Source: an uncultured Acidobacteriota bacterium (GTDB lineage Bacteria; Acidobacteriota; Thermoanaerobaculia; Multivoradales; JAGPDF01). From it: DNA of 64,000 nt. Positions 36,050 to 45,812 of the stretch are shown here, piece after piece. The notes beneath the pieces are model-generated. The model did not search any database. It had not been told where the DNA came from and saw only the letters and a program-made list of their open reading frames with translations. Positions within the stretch are counted from its first letter, which is position 1. Every line of letters begins with the position of its first letter. The translations under genes were made by a program, and so were the position numbers. The stretch lies in contig CAWAGZ010000002.1 in NCBI GenBank assembly GCA_963781755.1, forward strand, positions 83,325 through 147,324. The letters run 5' to 3'.

Positions 36050-37552
36050 TCAACCCCCTCCCCGGGATCCGGCCGCAGCCGGTGGATGCTTCGGCAACGT
36101 GACGTGGAACGTGGCTCCTTCGGACGGCTTCGACTCGACCCAGATCCGCCCGCCGTGGCGGGCGACGATCCGGCGACAGATCGCCAGGCCGATCCCGCTG
36201 CCCGGGATCTCCGATTCGGTGTGCAGGCGCTGGAAGATGACGAAGATCCGCTCCGCGTCCTTGGGATCGATTCCGATGCCGTTGTCGCGGAATCGCAAAT
36301 GCCAGGTCTCGCCTTCGTCGTCGGCGGCGACGGTCAACCGCGGCGCCGCCTTGCCGCGGAACTTGAGGCCGTTCTCGATCAGGTTCTGGAACAGCTGCTC
36401 GATCTGCGACTCGTCGCCGCGTACCGTCGGCAGATCCTCGTGCTCGACCTCCGCATCGGCCGCGCCGAGGTCCGGCGCGAGACGCTCCAGGACGCGCTCG
36501 AGCAGGGCCTCGAGATCCACCGCGGCGAAGGCCTCGCCGCGGCTCTCGATGCGGGCGCAGCGCAGGACGGCGTCGACCATCCCCTCCAGCCGTCCGGCGC
36601 TCTGCCGGGCCTGCTCGAGCACCGAGCGGGCGTCGCGGCCGAGACGGGTTCCGGACTCCTCCTCGAGCAGGTCGAGGAAGCGCGCGATCTGGGTCAGCGG
36701 CTTGCGCAGGTCGTGGGAGACGACGTAGGCCATCTCGTCGAGCTCGGAGTTCGACCGCGCCAGCGCCGCCGAGCGCTCGGACAACGCCTCGTCGGCCGCC
36801 CGCGACGAGGTGCGGTCCTCGACCATCCCCTGCAGCTGCGCTTCGCCGTCCCCGACCGGGGCGACGCGCCAAGCGCTGATGCGCACCCAGATCGCGTCGC
36901 CGTCGGCGCGGCGCAGCCGCGCCTCGACCGGGTTCACCCCCACCCCCGGGGCCAGACCGGCCCGGAAGGCCTCGGCCTCCGCGCGCGCCACGAAGAGTCC
37001 CGCGAGCGGACGCTGGACGCACTCCTCGGGGCGCGCATAGCCGAGGATGGCGGCCAGCGCCGGGTTGACGTCGAGCAGCGTGCCCTCCTCCGAGGCGACG
37101 AAGACGCCGACGGGCAGGGCGTCGAGCAGCCGGCGGTGCGGGGCGTCGCGATTCTCCTCGTCGCTGCGCCGGCGCACGTGGTAGAGCGCCGAGCGGATCA
37201 CGCGCGGCAGGCCCGCGAGGCCGGTGCTCGTCTTGGGCACCAGGCCGTCCGGCGAGAGGTGGAGGATCTCGGAGGCGACCTTCTCGATCGGCAGGCCGGT
37301 GACGACGATCACCGGGCAACCCGGATGCAGGTCGCGGATCAGCCGCAGAACGTCCTTCGACTTGATCCAGGACAGCTCGTGCTCGGTGAGGACGACGCCG
37401 AACCGCCCCGTCGTGACGGCGCGCGCCAGCGCCGCCGCCTCCGAGACCTCTTCGACCTCGACCTCGCCGAAGGCACCGGTCAGCACGAGCGAGAGCAGCT
37501 CGCGGTCGTCCGCGGACTCGTCGATCAGCAGTACGGGCGGCAGCAGGCTCAT
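36050..37552 (-). CDS. Receiver-like-PAS-histidine kinase
   Basis: VSHDLRKPL, QNLIENGLKF, DNGIG, GSGIGL; N-terminal receiver-like domain lacks the phosphoacceptor Asp. Confidence 0.92.
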   Translation of the reverse strand: MSLLPPVLLIDESADDRELLSLVLTGAFGEVEVEEVSEAAALARAVTTGRFGVVLTEHELSWIKSKDVLRLIRDLHPGCPVIVVTGLPIEKVASEILHLSPDGLVPKTSTGLAGLPRVIRSALYHVRRRSDEENRDAPHRRLLDALPVGVFVASEEGTLLDVNPALAAILGYARPEECVQRPLAGLFVARAEAEAFRAGLAPGVGVNPVEARLRRADGDAIWVRISAWRVAPVGDGEAQLQGMVEDRTSSRAADEALSERSAALARSNSELDEMAYVVSHDLRKPLTQIARFLDLLEEESGTRLGRDARSVLEQARQSAGRLEGMVDAVLRCARIESRGEAFAAVDLEALLERVLERLAPDLGAADAEVEHEDLPTVRGDESQIEQLFQNLIENGLKFRGKAAPRLTVAADDEGETWHLRFRDNGIGIDPKDAERIFVIFQRLHTESEIPGSGIGLAICRRIVARHGGRIWVESKPSEGATFHVTLPKHPPAAAGSRGGG

Positions 37553-37640
37553 CGGCATCCGAGGCGGAAGACGGCGCTGCCGTCGGGCGGATGCCCACCC
37601 GACGCGCCGACGTTCCGGGGGCGCAGTGGACCTCGCAGAG

Positions 37641-37659
37641 TTTGTGGAGATTATCACAA
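37641..37659. promoter_or_regulatory. CRP-type site upstream of the kinase-DGC/PDE operon
   Basis: TT-TGTGG-AGATTA-TCACA-A, 9/10 match to TGTGA-N6-TCACA, in an AT-rich intergenic patch. Confidence 0.55.
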
Positions 37660-37750
37660 CCCGTTGTACCCGGGTCGGCTCCAAACGCCATCCCTAGTGG
37701 GTTCGGGCCCTTGCGGGGCCTTTCCAGGGGCGCGCCGTAGGGGGCGCGCG

Positions 37751-39520
37751 TCAGGCCGGGGCCTCGCCGCTCCTGGACGGCCGCGCGCGACGGCCGAGCG
37801 CCGGCACCAGGATCAGCGCCACGCCGTAGAGCACGAGGCTGAAGACCAACGTCGCCGCGCGCCCGACCCGCAGGTCCTCGGCCAGGAGCTTGAGGCCACC
37901 CAGACCGAGCACCACGACGGCGAGACGGCCGAGCTCGCGCGCCTCCGGGAACCGGCCCGCGGCGGCCGCCAGCAGCAACGCGGCGACCACCAGCACCGCC
38001 GTGCGGACCACGGCGAGCCGCCCGGGATCGGCCCCGGGCCCCGGCGCACCGGCCAGCGGAAGGGCGAGCCGGGCGACCACCCAGCCGCCGCAGCCGACCA
38101 GCGCCACCAAGAGCGCCGTCGCGCGCGCGGCGGCCGCCACGGCCGAGGAGGCCCGGGCGGTGCGCGCGCCGGCGTAGAGCAGCGCCGCGGTCACCGCGAC
38201 GAGGACGAGGACGACCTGCGCCGTCGCATCCATCTCGTGCCACGCGCCGAGCGCCGCGGCGGCGAGCGCGCTCGCTGCCGCGGCGAGCAGTCCCGAGGCG
38301 ACGGCTGCCGCCAGGGTCAGCAGAGCGGCGTGGATGCGGAACACCGGGCGGCCCCCCGGAACCGTCAGGGCGGCGACGGCCACGGCAGCCAGCGCCCAGA
38401 CCGCCGGGAACGCCGCCCCGGGCAGCAGGACGCGCACGGCCTCGGCCGCCAGGAAGGTCGCCAGGGTCGTGAAGTACGCCACCGCCGGGCCGTGCCCCGA
38501 GAGCGTCTCCTGGCGCCGGGCCAGCACGCTGTGCAGCACGCCCCCGGCGACGAGCGCCGCGACCGCCGTGGCCGTGCGCACCGCCGGCTCGGCCAGCCAC
38601 AGAGCGCCCTCGAACCCCAGCACCGTCACGAGAACCGTCTGGGTGACGGCGAACGAGGTCACGAAGCGGCCCTGGATCAGCAGTCGCAGCACGAAGGCGC
38701 CGAGATAGACCACGACCAGTCCGAGCTGCGCCAGGACCACGGCGTCGAGCGCCAGCCAGGCGGGAGGATGCTCGGGCACGATCCGGAGCAGGCCCAGGAG
38801 GAACACGACCAAGTCGAGGCCGACCGCCACGAGCCAGCGCTGTCCGCGCCAGCCCCGCCCGTAGGCGAGCAGCAACGAGGCGAGCGCGAGCGCGAGCAGA
38901 AAGCAGACGAAAGGCAGCACCGCCCGGGCGCGGAACAGCAGCGCGACGCCCGTGGCCAGCGCCGCGATCTCGGTGATCCACGCGATGGTGCGGAAGGCGC
39001 GCCGCCAAGCCACCGCGAGGCCCAGCGCGGTGGCGACGCCGAGCACGGCCGCGGCCGGCAGCGGCGCCAGCAGGCCGAACCGGGTCGTCGCCTCCGCGAC
39101 CAGCGGGAAGACGATCAGCGCCGAAGCGAGCGCGTGGAAAGCTCCGCTCAGGTGGCGATCGCTGGCCGCTGCGCGGTCGGCGAGCACGAGCCAGACCAGG
39201 GCGTAGAGGATGCCGAGGGAGATGCCGACTCCGGCCGTCAGCGTCCTCGACTCGGTCAGCGCGCGGATGACGAAGGCGCCGCCCAGCACCAGGAAGGTGC
39301 GCCCGGCGAGTGCCGGAACGCCGCGCAACCGCTCCGGCGAGAGGGTCGCGTCCGCCGTCGCGACGGGCTCGGAGGCGCCGGGTGCGACGTCGCCCGGAGC
39401 CGAAGCCGCCGACGGACTCTGCTCGCGCCCGGCTTCGAGCCCGCGAACCCGGACGGAGAGCGACTCCACCGCCCGTTCGAGCTCGAGCATCCTCCGCTCC
39501 AGGCCCTCCTTCTCGTCCAC
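37751..39520 (-). CDS. Multi-pass membrane protein (DUF2339-like)
   Basis: Short N-terminal coiled coil followed by many hydrophobic helices; GGLKLLAEDL near the C-terminus. Confidence 0.7.
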   Translation of the reverse strand: MDEKEGLERRMLELERAVESLSVRVRGLEAGREQSPSAASAPGDVAPGASEPVATADATLSPERLRGVPALAGRTFLVLGGAFVIRALTESRTLTAGVGISLGILYALVWLVLADRAAASDRHLSGAFHALASALIVFPLVAEATTRFGLLAPLPAAAVLGVATALGLAVAWRRAFRTIAWITEIAALATGVALLFRARAVLPFVCFLLALALASLLLAYGRGWRGQRWLVAVGLDLVVFLLGLLRIVPEHPPAWLALDAVVLAQLGLVVVYLGAFVLRLLIQGRFVTSFAVTQTVLVTVLGFEGALWLAEPAVRTATAVAALVAGGVLHSVLARRQETLSGHGPAVAYFTTLATFLAAEAVRVLLPGAAFPAVWALAAVAVAALTVPGGRPVFRIHAALLTLAAAVASGLLAAAASALAAAALGAWHEMDATAQVVLVLVAVTAALLYAGARTARASSAVAAAARATALLVALVGCGGWVVARLALPLAGAPGPGADPGRLAVVRTAVLVVAALLLAAAAGRFPEARELGRLAVVVLGLGGLKLLAEDLRVGRAATLVFSLVLYGVALILVPALGRRARPSRSGEAPA

Positions 39521-39669
39521 GGCACCACCTCGCGGCCTCGAACCGCCGCCGTCGGTCGTCCGTCAGCTCCGGAAAGTCCGAATCCAACCTAGCAGGCCGG
39601 GGCGCAAGGGCACCGGCCCGCACGGGTGGCCGGTCCCCGCGTCGCCGGGTTGGCGGGCGCAAGCGCCGG

Positions 39670-41301
39670 TCAGGCCGCGGGGAGCGAGACGGAGAAGACG
39701 GCGCCGCCGCCCGATCGGTTGGCGGCCTCGACCCGGCCGCCGTGCGCCTCGGCCACCGCGCGCACGATCGCCAGTCCCAGTCCGGCGTGGCCGGGTTCGC
39801 AGTCGCGGCGCTCCGGACGCCAGGTGAAGAAGCGATCGAAGACGCGGTCGAGGTGCTCGTTCGGCAAGCCGGGACCACGGTCCGCGACGCGGACGTGGAC
39901 CAGCGCGCCCGCGCGCTCGAGCGTCACCTCGACCTCGCCGTCCGGCGGCGAGAAGCCGGCGGCATTGTCGAGCAGGTTCTCGAGCAGCGCGGCGAAGCGC
40001 TCCGGGGCGCCGTGGACGGTCACCGGCTCCGGCGGCCGCTCGAGCACGAAGCGGACGCCGTCGACGCCGCGCACGCGGAAGGCCTCGACCAGTTGCTCGG
40101 CCAGAGCGCCGAGGTCGACGGGCCGGCTCTCGCCGCCCGGCTCCGGGGCGTCGAGGTGGACGATGTCGCGCACTCCGGCGAGCAATCTCTCCATGCGCGC
40201 CACTTCCTGCTCGACGACGGCGAGGAAACGACGGCGTTCGTCGGGATCCCCCGTCGCAGCGAGCATCTCGGTGGCGCCGCGGATCGAGGCCAGGGGGTTC
40301 TTGAACTCGTGCGAGAGGTCCGCGGCGAATCCCTCGGTCGCCGCCTGCCTCGCTTCGAGCCTGCGCGTGAGCTCTTCGAGCGAGCGCGCCAGCTCCCCGA
40401 TCTCGTCGGCGCGCGCCGAGCCCCGGAAACGGCCGCGCAGCCGGCCGCGACCGTCGACCAGCGCCCGCGCCTCGGCGGCGAGCGCGCGCAGCGGGCGCGC
40501 GATCGTCCCGGCGAGGAACACCGAGAGCAGGACCGCGCCCGCCACCGAGGCCAGGAAAACCTCGAACAGGCGCAGGCGGACCTCGTAGAGCTCGGCGAGG
40601 ATGCGTACCGTGGACTGCGAGACGAGAACGGCGCCGGCGACTTCGCCGGCGACGCGGATCGGAATCGCGCTGTACAGGATCACCGCGCGCTCGGGCGCCG
40701 GCGAGAATCGCGTCGCGGCGCCGTAGCGCCCGGCCAGCGCGGCGCGGACCTCCGGCCCGTCCAGCCGCTGCGCCGTGGCGTAGTACTCGCCGGGCTCCGC
40801 CTCGTCGATCGCCGGCGGTTCGGTCAACCGGCTCCAGAGCTCGAACGGCAGGGCCCCGAGCCAGTAGAGCGGACTCTCGCGCGCGCCGGCCGGCGCTTCC
40901 CCGCGCGCCGGCGCCTCGCCCTTGCGCCGCGGTCCGAGCACGCTCGAGTCCGCCAGCAGACGGCCTTCCCCGTCGACCACGCGCAGCCGCGAGTCGCTGC
41001 GCCGGCCGAGCTCGGCCAGCAGGCGCCGGGCGCTCGCCGCCGAGACCTCGCCGCCGCTCGCCAGCGCCGAGGCGGCCAGCCGCCCCTGCTGCACCATCGC
41101 GCGCTCCTGCGATTCGAGCAGCTGCCGCTCGTAGGGGCCGAACAGCACGAAGCCGGCGACCGGCAGGAAGACGAGCAGCAGGTTGAACGCGAGCAGCCGC
41201 GCCACCAGCCGCGCCCCGCGCCGCCGCCGCGCCTCCGGCGGCGTGCGCGGGTCAGGGCTCGCGGAGCCGGTAGCCGAGTCCGTAGACGGTCTCGATGACA
41301 T
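39670..41301 (-). CDS. Membrane HAMP sensor histidine kinase (ChvG/CreC-like; PdsS-like context)
   Basis: Two TM segments, DEIGELA HAMP, SHEFKNPL, NLLDNA, HAGLGL. Confidence 0.93.
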   Translation of the reverse strand: MSSRPSTDSATGSASPDPRTPPEARRRRGARLVARLLAFNLLLVFLPVAGFVLFGPYERQLLESQERAMVQQGRLAASALASGGEVSAASARRLLAELGRRSDSRLRVVDGEGRLLADSSVLGPRRKGEAPARGEAPAGARESPLYWLGALPFELWSRLTEPPAIDEAEPGEYYATAQRLDGPEVRAALAGRYGAATRFSPAPERAVILYSAIPIRVAGEVAGAVLVSQSTVRILAELYEVRLRLFEVFLASVAGAVLLSVFLAGTIARPLRALAAEARALVDGRGRLRGRFRGSARADEIGELARSLEELTRRLEARQAATEGFAADLSHEFKNPLASIRGATEMLAATGDPDERRRFLAVVEQEVARMERLLAGVRDIVHLDAPEPGGESRPVDLGALAEQLVEAFRVRGVDGVRFVLERPPEPVTVHGAPERFAALLENLLDNAAGFSPPDGEVEVTLERAGALVHVRVADRGPGLPNEHLDRVFDRFFTWRPERRDCEPGHAGLGLAIVRAVAEAHGGRVEAANRSGGGAVFSVSLPAA

Positions 41302-41965
41302 CGCAGTTCGGGTCGGCGGCGGCGAGCTTCTGGCGCAGGCGCTTGATATGGCTGTCGATGGTGCGGTCCGAGACGTAGGCGTCGTGCGGGTAGCCCTGCT
41401 CCATCAACTGCGGACGGGTCTTGACGTGGCCCGGGTGCCGCGCCAGGGCCAGCAGCATCATGAACTCGGTGACGGTCAGCGCCAGCGCCCGCTCGCCGAG
41501 CCGCGCCGTGTAGCGCGCCAGATCGAGACTCAGGCGGCCGACCACCAGCGGCGTCTCGTCGGCCGCCATCGGGTCGGCCAGCCGCGCCGCGCGCCGGAAG
41601 AGGACGCGCACACGGGCCACGAGCTCGCGCATCGAGAACGGCTTGCACAGGTAGTCGTCGGCGCCCAACTCGAGGCCGAGCACGCGGTCGAGCTCCTCGT
41701 CGCGCGACGACAGGAAGAGGATCGGCAGCGTCTCGGAACGCTGGCGCAGACGGCGGCACAGGTCGAGGCCGTCCATGCGCGGCATCAGGATGTCGAGCAC
41801 CACGAGCCCCGGCAGCCGGTGCTCGAAGGCGCTCCAGGCCACCGCGCCGTCGGCGAAGGTCTCGACCAGGAAACCCTCCTTGCGCAGCGCGAATCCGACC
41901 GTCTCCCGGATGTTGGCCTCGTCGTCCACGACCGCCACCAGTCCGCTGCCCGCCGGTTTCGACAT
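41252..41965 (-). CDS. OmpR-family response regulator (ChvI/PdsR-like)
   Basis: VVDDE, LDILMP, GADDYLCKPF, DRTIDSHIKRLRQK, VYGLGY. Confidence 0.95.
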   Translation of the reverse strand: MSKPAGSGLVAVVDDEANIRETVGFALRKEGFLVETFADGAVAWSAFEHRLPGLVVLDILMPRMDGLDLCRRLRQRSETLPILFLSSRDEELDRVLGLELGADDYLCKPFSMRELVARVRVLFRRAARLADPMAADETPLVVGRLSLDLARYTARLGERALALTVTEFMMLLALARHPGHVKTRPQLMEQGYPHDAYVSDRTIDSHIKRLRQKLAAADPNCDVIETVYGLGYRLREP

Positions 41966-42159
41966 ATCGCGCGATTCTCTCGCCGGCCGGCGCGCCGCTG
42001 TCAAGCGATCCGGGGCCGGGCGCCCACGATTCCACGATTTCGCCACATTCACCGGCCGGATCTCCTCGCGGCGACCACCCGGCCCGCCCGCCGACACGCT
42101 CGAATGCCCGCGAGGTGACGAGGCGGAGCGGGCGGCGGCCCGCAGAAAGGAGCGACACG

Positions 42160-44280
42160 ATGTGGCCCGGTAGAAGGGAGGAGAAGCGGAGGATCCGGCG
42201 CGCGCTGATCGCGGCCCTGGCTTCGCTGGCGGCGGGGATCGCTCTCGGGCAACCATTGCAGGATTCCGGAGCCGACGGCTCGGCCGCCCGGCTGGAGCGC
42301 CCCGGCGACCTGGGCGGCGCCGGGCTGGTCGTACGCGGAGCCGGCGCGGGGCCCGACGAGGTCGGCGGCTGGCAACCCGCTCCCACGGTCGCGACCACGA
42401 TCGCGATCACCGTCACCGGCATCGTGGCGCGGGCACGGGTCGACCAGAGTTTCGACAATCCGTCCGACCAGCTCGTCGAGGCGGTCTACGTCTTCCCGCT
42501 GCCCGAAGGGGCCGCGATCGACCGGCTCGAGCTCGAGGCCGGCGGCCGGCGCATCGTCGGCCGCGTGCGCGAGCGCCAAGAGGCGCGGCGGGCCTACGAG
42601 GCCGCCAAGCAGCAGGGCCGGCGCGCCTCCCTGCTCGAGCAAGCGCGCCCCGACCTGTTCACGGTCGCGGTGGCCGGGGTCGCTCCCCACGAGCGGGTCA
42701 CGGTGCATCTCGAGTACCAGGATCTGGTGCGCTACGACCTCGGGGTCTTCCGCCTTCGCTTCCCGCTGGTCGCCGCGCCGCGCTACACGCCGCCCGCCGC
42801 CGCGCCGGCGATGGCGACGTCCGGCTTCGCGATCCTCCGCACCCCCGCCGGAGCTCCCGCGGTCGCCCTCGATCCGCCTCCGCCCGCCGCGCCGATCGTC
42901 GTCCCGGCTTCGGCCGCCGCGGCGAGGGCGTTGCGGCCGGTCCGCCTGACGGTCGACCTGCGCGCCGGCATCCCTCTGGCCGCGGTCGAGAGCCCGACCC
43001 ACTCGCTCACCGTCCACCGGGTCGAGAAGGGCCTGTGGCGGGCCGAGCTCGCCGACGGCCAGGTCGCCGCCGATCGCGACTTCGAGCTGGTCTGGCATCC
43101 ACGGCGGGAGGCGGCCCCTACCCTGGCGCGCTTCGAGCAGGACGTCGGCGGCGAGCGTTACGCCGCGCTGCTCTTCCTGCCGCCGGCGCCGGAGGCTTCC
43201 GCCGTCCCGATCCCGCGCGATCTGGTCGTCGTGCTCGACACCTCGGGCTCGATGGGCGGCGCCTCGATCGAGCAGGCCAAGCGCGCGGTGCGCGCCGCGC
43301 TCTCGCGCCTCGGCCCGGCCGACCGCTTCGACGTCATCCGCTTCGCCGACGCCGCCGAGGCGCTCTTCCCGGCCAGCGTCGAGGCCGGCCCGCGCTCGCT
43401 CGGCCAAGCCTACGCCTGGGTGGACGGGCTCGCGGCGAACGGCGGCACGAACATGCTGCCGGCACTCCGGATGGCGCTCGACGACCCGCCCGACCCGACG
43501 GTCGTGCGTCAGGTGCTCTTCGTGACCGACGGTTGCGTCGGCAACGAGGAGGAGCTCTTCTCGTACCTCGAGCAGCACCTCGGCCGCAGTCGGCTGTTCA
43601 CCGTCGGCATCGGCTCGGCGCCCAACTCCTGGTTCATGACCCGCGCCGCCGAGCTGGGCCGCGGCACGCACACGTTCATCGGCAGCGTCGCCGAGGTCGA
43701 GGACAAGATGGCCGGGCTGTTCGCCAAGCTCGAGCGCCCCGTGCTCGCCGACCTCGACGTCGTCTGGGACGACCCTTCGGCGGAGAGCTACCCGCAACTG
43801 CCCCCCGACCTCTACGTCGGCGAGCCGCTGCTGCTGGTCGCCCGGCTGGAGCGGCCGGACGCGGCGGTCCAGATTACGGGGCGGCGCACGGACGCGCCCT
43901 TCGAGGAGACCCTCGCACCGACGACGCCGCGCCCGGCTTCCGGGTTGGCGCGCCTGTGGGCGCGGCGCAAGATCGACGCGCTCGAGGCGGCGATGCGCGC
44001 CCCCGGCGCGGACCGGGACGCGCTGCGCGGCCAGATCGTGGACTTGGCGCTGGCCCACGGGCTGGCCAGCCGGTACACCAGCTTCGTCGCGGTCGAGGAG
44101 CGCCCCTCGGTGGCGCCGGGCACGCCCCAGGCCACCCGCGAGGTGGCGAACCTGCTGCCCGCGGGCTGGAACGGCGCCGAGCTGCCGCAGGGCGGCACCC
44201 GCGCTCCGCTCGAGCTGGCCGCGGCATTCCTGCTCGCGCTCGCCGGTTTCGTCCTGCGCCGGGCGGGGTCCGCGCCGTGA
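42160..44280 (+). CDS. VIT plus VWA domain sortase target protein with LPQGG sorting signal
   Basis: RBS AAAGGAG; VIT (EAVYVFPLPEGAAI), VWA (LDTSGSM, FVTDG); C-terminus LPQGGT plus hydrophobic helix plus RR. Confidence 0.9.
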   Translation: MWPGRREEKRRIRRALIAALASLAAGIALGQPLQDSGADGSAARLERPGDLGGAGLVVRGAGAGPDEVGGWQPAPTVATTIAITVTGIVARARVDQSFDNPSDQLVEAVYVFPLPEGAAIDRLELEAGGRRIVGRVRERQEARRAYEAAKQQGRRASLLEQARPDLFTVAVAGVAPHERVTVHLEYQDLVRYDLGVFRLRFPLVAAPRYTPPAAAPAMATSGFAILRTPAGAPAVALDPPPPAAPIVVPASAAAARALRPVRLTVDLRAGIPLAAVESPTHSLTVHRVEKGLWRAELADGQVAADRDFELVWHPRREAAPTLARFEQDVGGERYAALLFLPPAPEASAVPIPRDLVVVLDTSGSMGGASIEQAKRAVRAALSRLGPADRFDVIRFADAAEALFPASVEAGPRSLGQAYAWVDGLAANGGTNMLPALRMALDDPPDPTVVRQVLFVTDGCVGNEEELFSYLEQHLGRSRLFTVGIGSAPNSWFMTRAAELGRGTHTFIGSVAEVEDKMAGLFAKLERPVLADLDVVWDDPSAESYPQLPPDLYVGEPLLLVARLERPDAAVQITGRRTDAPFEETLAPTTPRPASGLARLWARRKIDALEAAMRAPGADRDALRGQIVDLALAHGLASRYTSFVAVEERPSVAPGTPQATREVANLLPAGWNGAELPQGGTRAPLELAAAFLLALAGFVLRRAGSAP

Positions 44281-44851
44281 CCTCGAAGCTCGGCGCCGTG
44301 CTCCTGGCCGCCGCGGTGGCGCTGGGCGGCGACGGCCTCTGGCTCCACGCCAAGGCCGTCCTCGCCCAGGCGCTTCTGGCCCACGCCTGGAGCGCCGCCG
44401 AGGCGGGCGACGCCCGGCCGCGTCCCTGGCCGTGGGCCGACACCTGGCCGGTGGCCCGGCTCGAGGTGCCGCGGCTGGGGATCGAGGAGATCGTGCTGGC
44501 GGGCGCCTCGGGGCGGGTCCTCGCCTTCGCCCCCGGCCACGTGGACGGCACGCCGCTGCCGGGGGAGCCCGGCAACGCGATCCTCGCCGGCCACCGAGAC
44601 ACCACCTTTCGCTTCCTCGAGCGGCTGCGACCGGGCGACCGGATCCGCACCCGGCTGCCCGACGGCCGCGAGACGCTCTTCACGGTGGACTCGACCCGCG
44701 TCCAGGACGCCGCCGACCCCTGGGCCTTCGACGGCCCCGGAGGGCGACGACCGTGCTGACGCTGGCCACCTGCTGGCCGTTCGACTCCCCCGTCCCGGGC
44801 GGCCGCCTGCGCTTCGTCGTGCGCGCCGTGGAGGCCGACCCGAAGCGCTGA
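44277..44851 (+). CDS. Class GN (dedicated, Gram-negative-type) sortase; apparent frameshift near 44743
   Basis: KAVLAQALL, PWPWADTWPVARL and AGHRDT in one frame; LTLATCWPF...RLRFVV in the next frame; His/Cys/Arg triad present. Confidence 0.88.
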
Positions 44852-44864
44852 GAGCGCCACCCGC

Positions 44865-44908
44865 CGCACCGCTGTGCGCTTCCACGCCGGCACGCGGTCC
44901 CCCAGGAT
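44865..44908 (+). promoter_or_regulatory. Palindrome CGCAC-N4-GTGCG copy 1 with downstream CAGGAT
   Basis: CGCACCGCTGTGCGCTTCC at 44865; hexamer starts 29 nt after the start of GTGCG. Confidence 0.6.
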
Positions 44909-44945
44909 CGAAGGCATCGAGACCGAACGATCCTGGAGAACCGCC

Positions 44946-45728
44946 ATGACACGACCCGTCCCTCGCACCGACCCCGATCCTCCCGTCCGCAGCGCCGCCG
45001 CGGCGCTGCTGGTCGCCGCGCTCCTGACCGGCTGCGCCGGCGTGCTCGGTGGCACCCGTCCCTTCGTGTTGCCGCTCGAAGCGCCCGCCGGCAGCGTCCC
45101 GCGCGCCGCCGTCTCCCTGGCCGGCTTCGAGGTCGCCCCGGGCGCCAACGAGGTCAAGGCGACCGGCACCTTTCCGCTCGGCGCCTTCGGCGAAGACGAC
45201 CGGCGCGTCGTCGAGCGCTCCTTTCGCGACACGCTGGCGCGGGCGAGCTGGCCCGAAGCGCCGCCGCCCGTCCGTGACTGGAAGCTCCACGTCCTGCTGC
45301 GCCGGCACCTGGTCGCCCACAGCACCAGCTCGGGCGGGGTCCTCGCCTGCGTCGGCTGGGCGCTGGTCTCGGGAGACGGCCGCGTCGTCTTCAGCGAGCA
45401 GTTCTACGCCTCGGTCGCCGGCGCCGGCTCCGGGCGGCGCAACGGCGAGAAGGTCCCGGACAACCTGGGTCGGGTCAAGGACGCTCTCCACCGAGCGATC
45501 GTGGAGCGGATCGTCGCGACCAGCGTGCGGCTGGCGTCGGAGCCCGACGGCGCGCCGCGACCGCCCGCCGTCGCGCACACCTACGAGACGATCCAGGAGG
45601 CCGCGCAACCCCTGCCCACCCGTCTGACCACGATCATGGGGATCCCGCCCATCGCCCATCGCCGGGTCGACTGGACCCTGATCGACCCGCAGCCCCCCAT
45701 CGACTGGGCCCGGCGGCTCCGGCGCTGA
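44946..45728 (+). CDS. Hypothetical lipoprotein
   Basis: RBS GGAG; lipobox ALLTG-C. Confidence 0.75.
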   Translation: MTRPVPRTDPDPPVRSAAAALLVAALLTGCAGVLGGTRPFVLPLEAPAGSVPRAAVSLAGFEVAPGANEVKATGTFPLGAFGEDDRRVVERSFRDTLARASWPEAPPPVRDWKLHVLLRRHLVAHSTSSGGVLACVGWALVSGDGRVVFSEQFYASVAGAGSGRRNGEKVPDNLGRVKDALHRAIVERIVATSVRLASEPDGAPRPPAVAHTYETIQEAAQPLPTRLTTIMGIPPIAHRRVDWTLIDPQPPIDWARRLRR

Positions 45729-45731
45729 TCC

Positions 45732-45776
45732 GCGCACGCCTGTGCGCTTCCGGCGGCGCGAAGTCCGCCCTAGCGT
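45732..45776 (+). promoter_or_regulatory. Palindrome GCGCAC-N4-GTGCGC copy 2 with downstream TAGCGT
   Basis: GCGCACGCCTGTGCGCTTCC; same spacing to the -10-like hexamer as copies 1 and 3. Confidence 0.65.
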
Positions 45777-45812
45777 GTCGTCGAACTGGAACGACCCGCT
45801 CCGGAGGACCGC

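Noticed and set aside
33879-39878. Very long ORFs (1999 aa minus, 1878 aa plus) and many other long overlapping ORFs
   Set aside because: Arg/Gly/Pro-rich shadow frames or antisense frames of real genes, expected at this GC content; no domain motifs.
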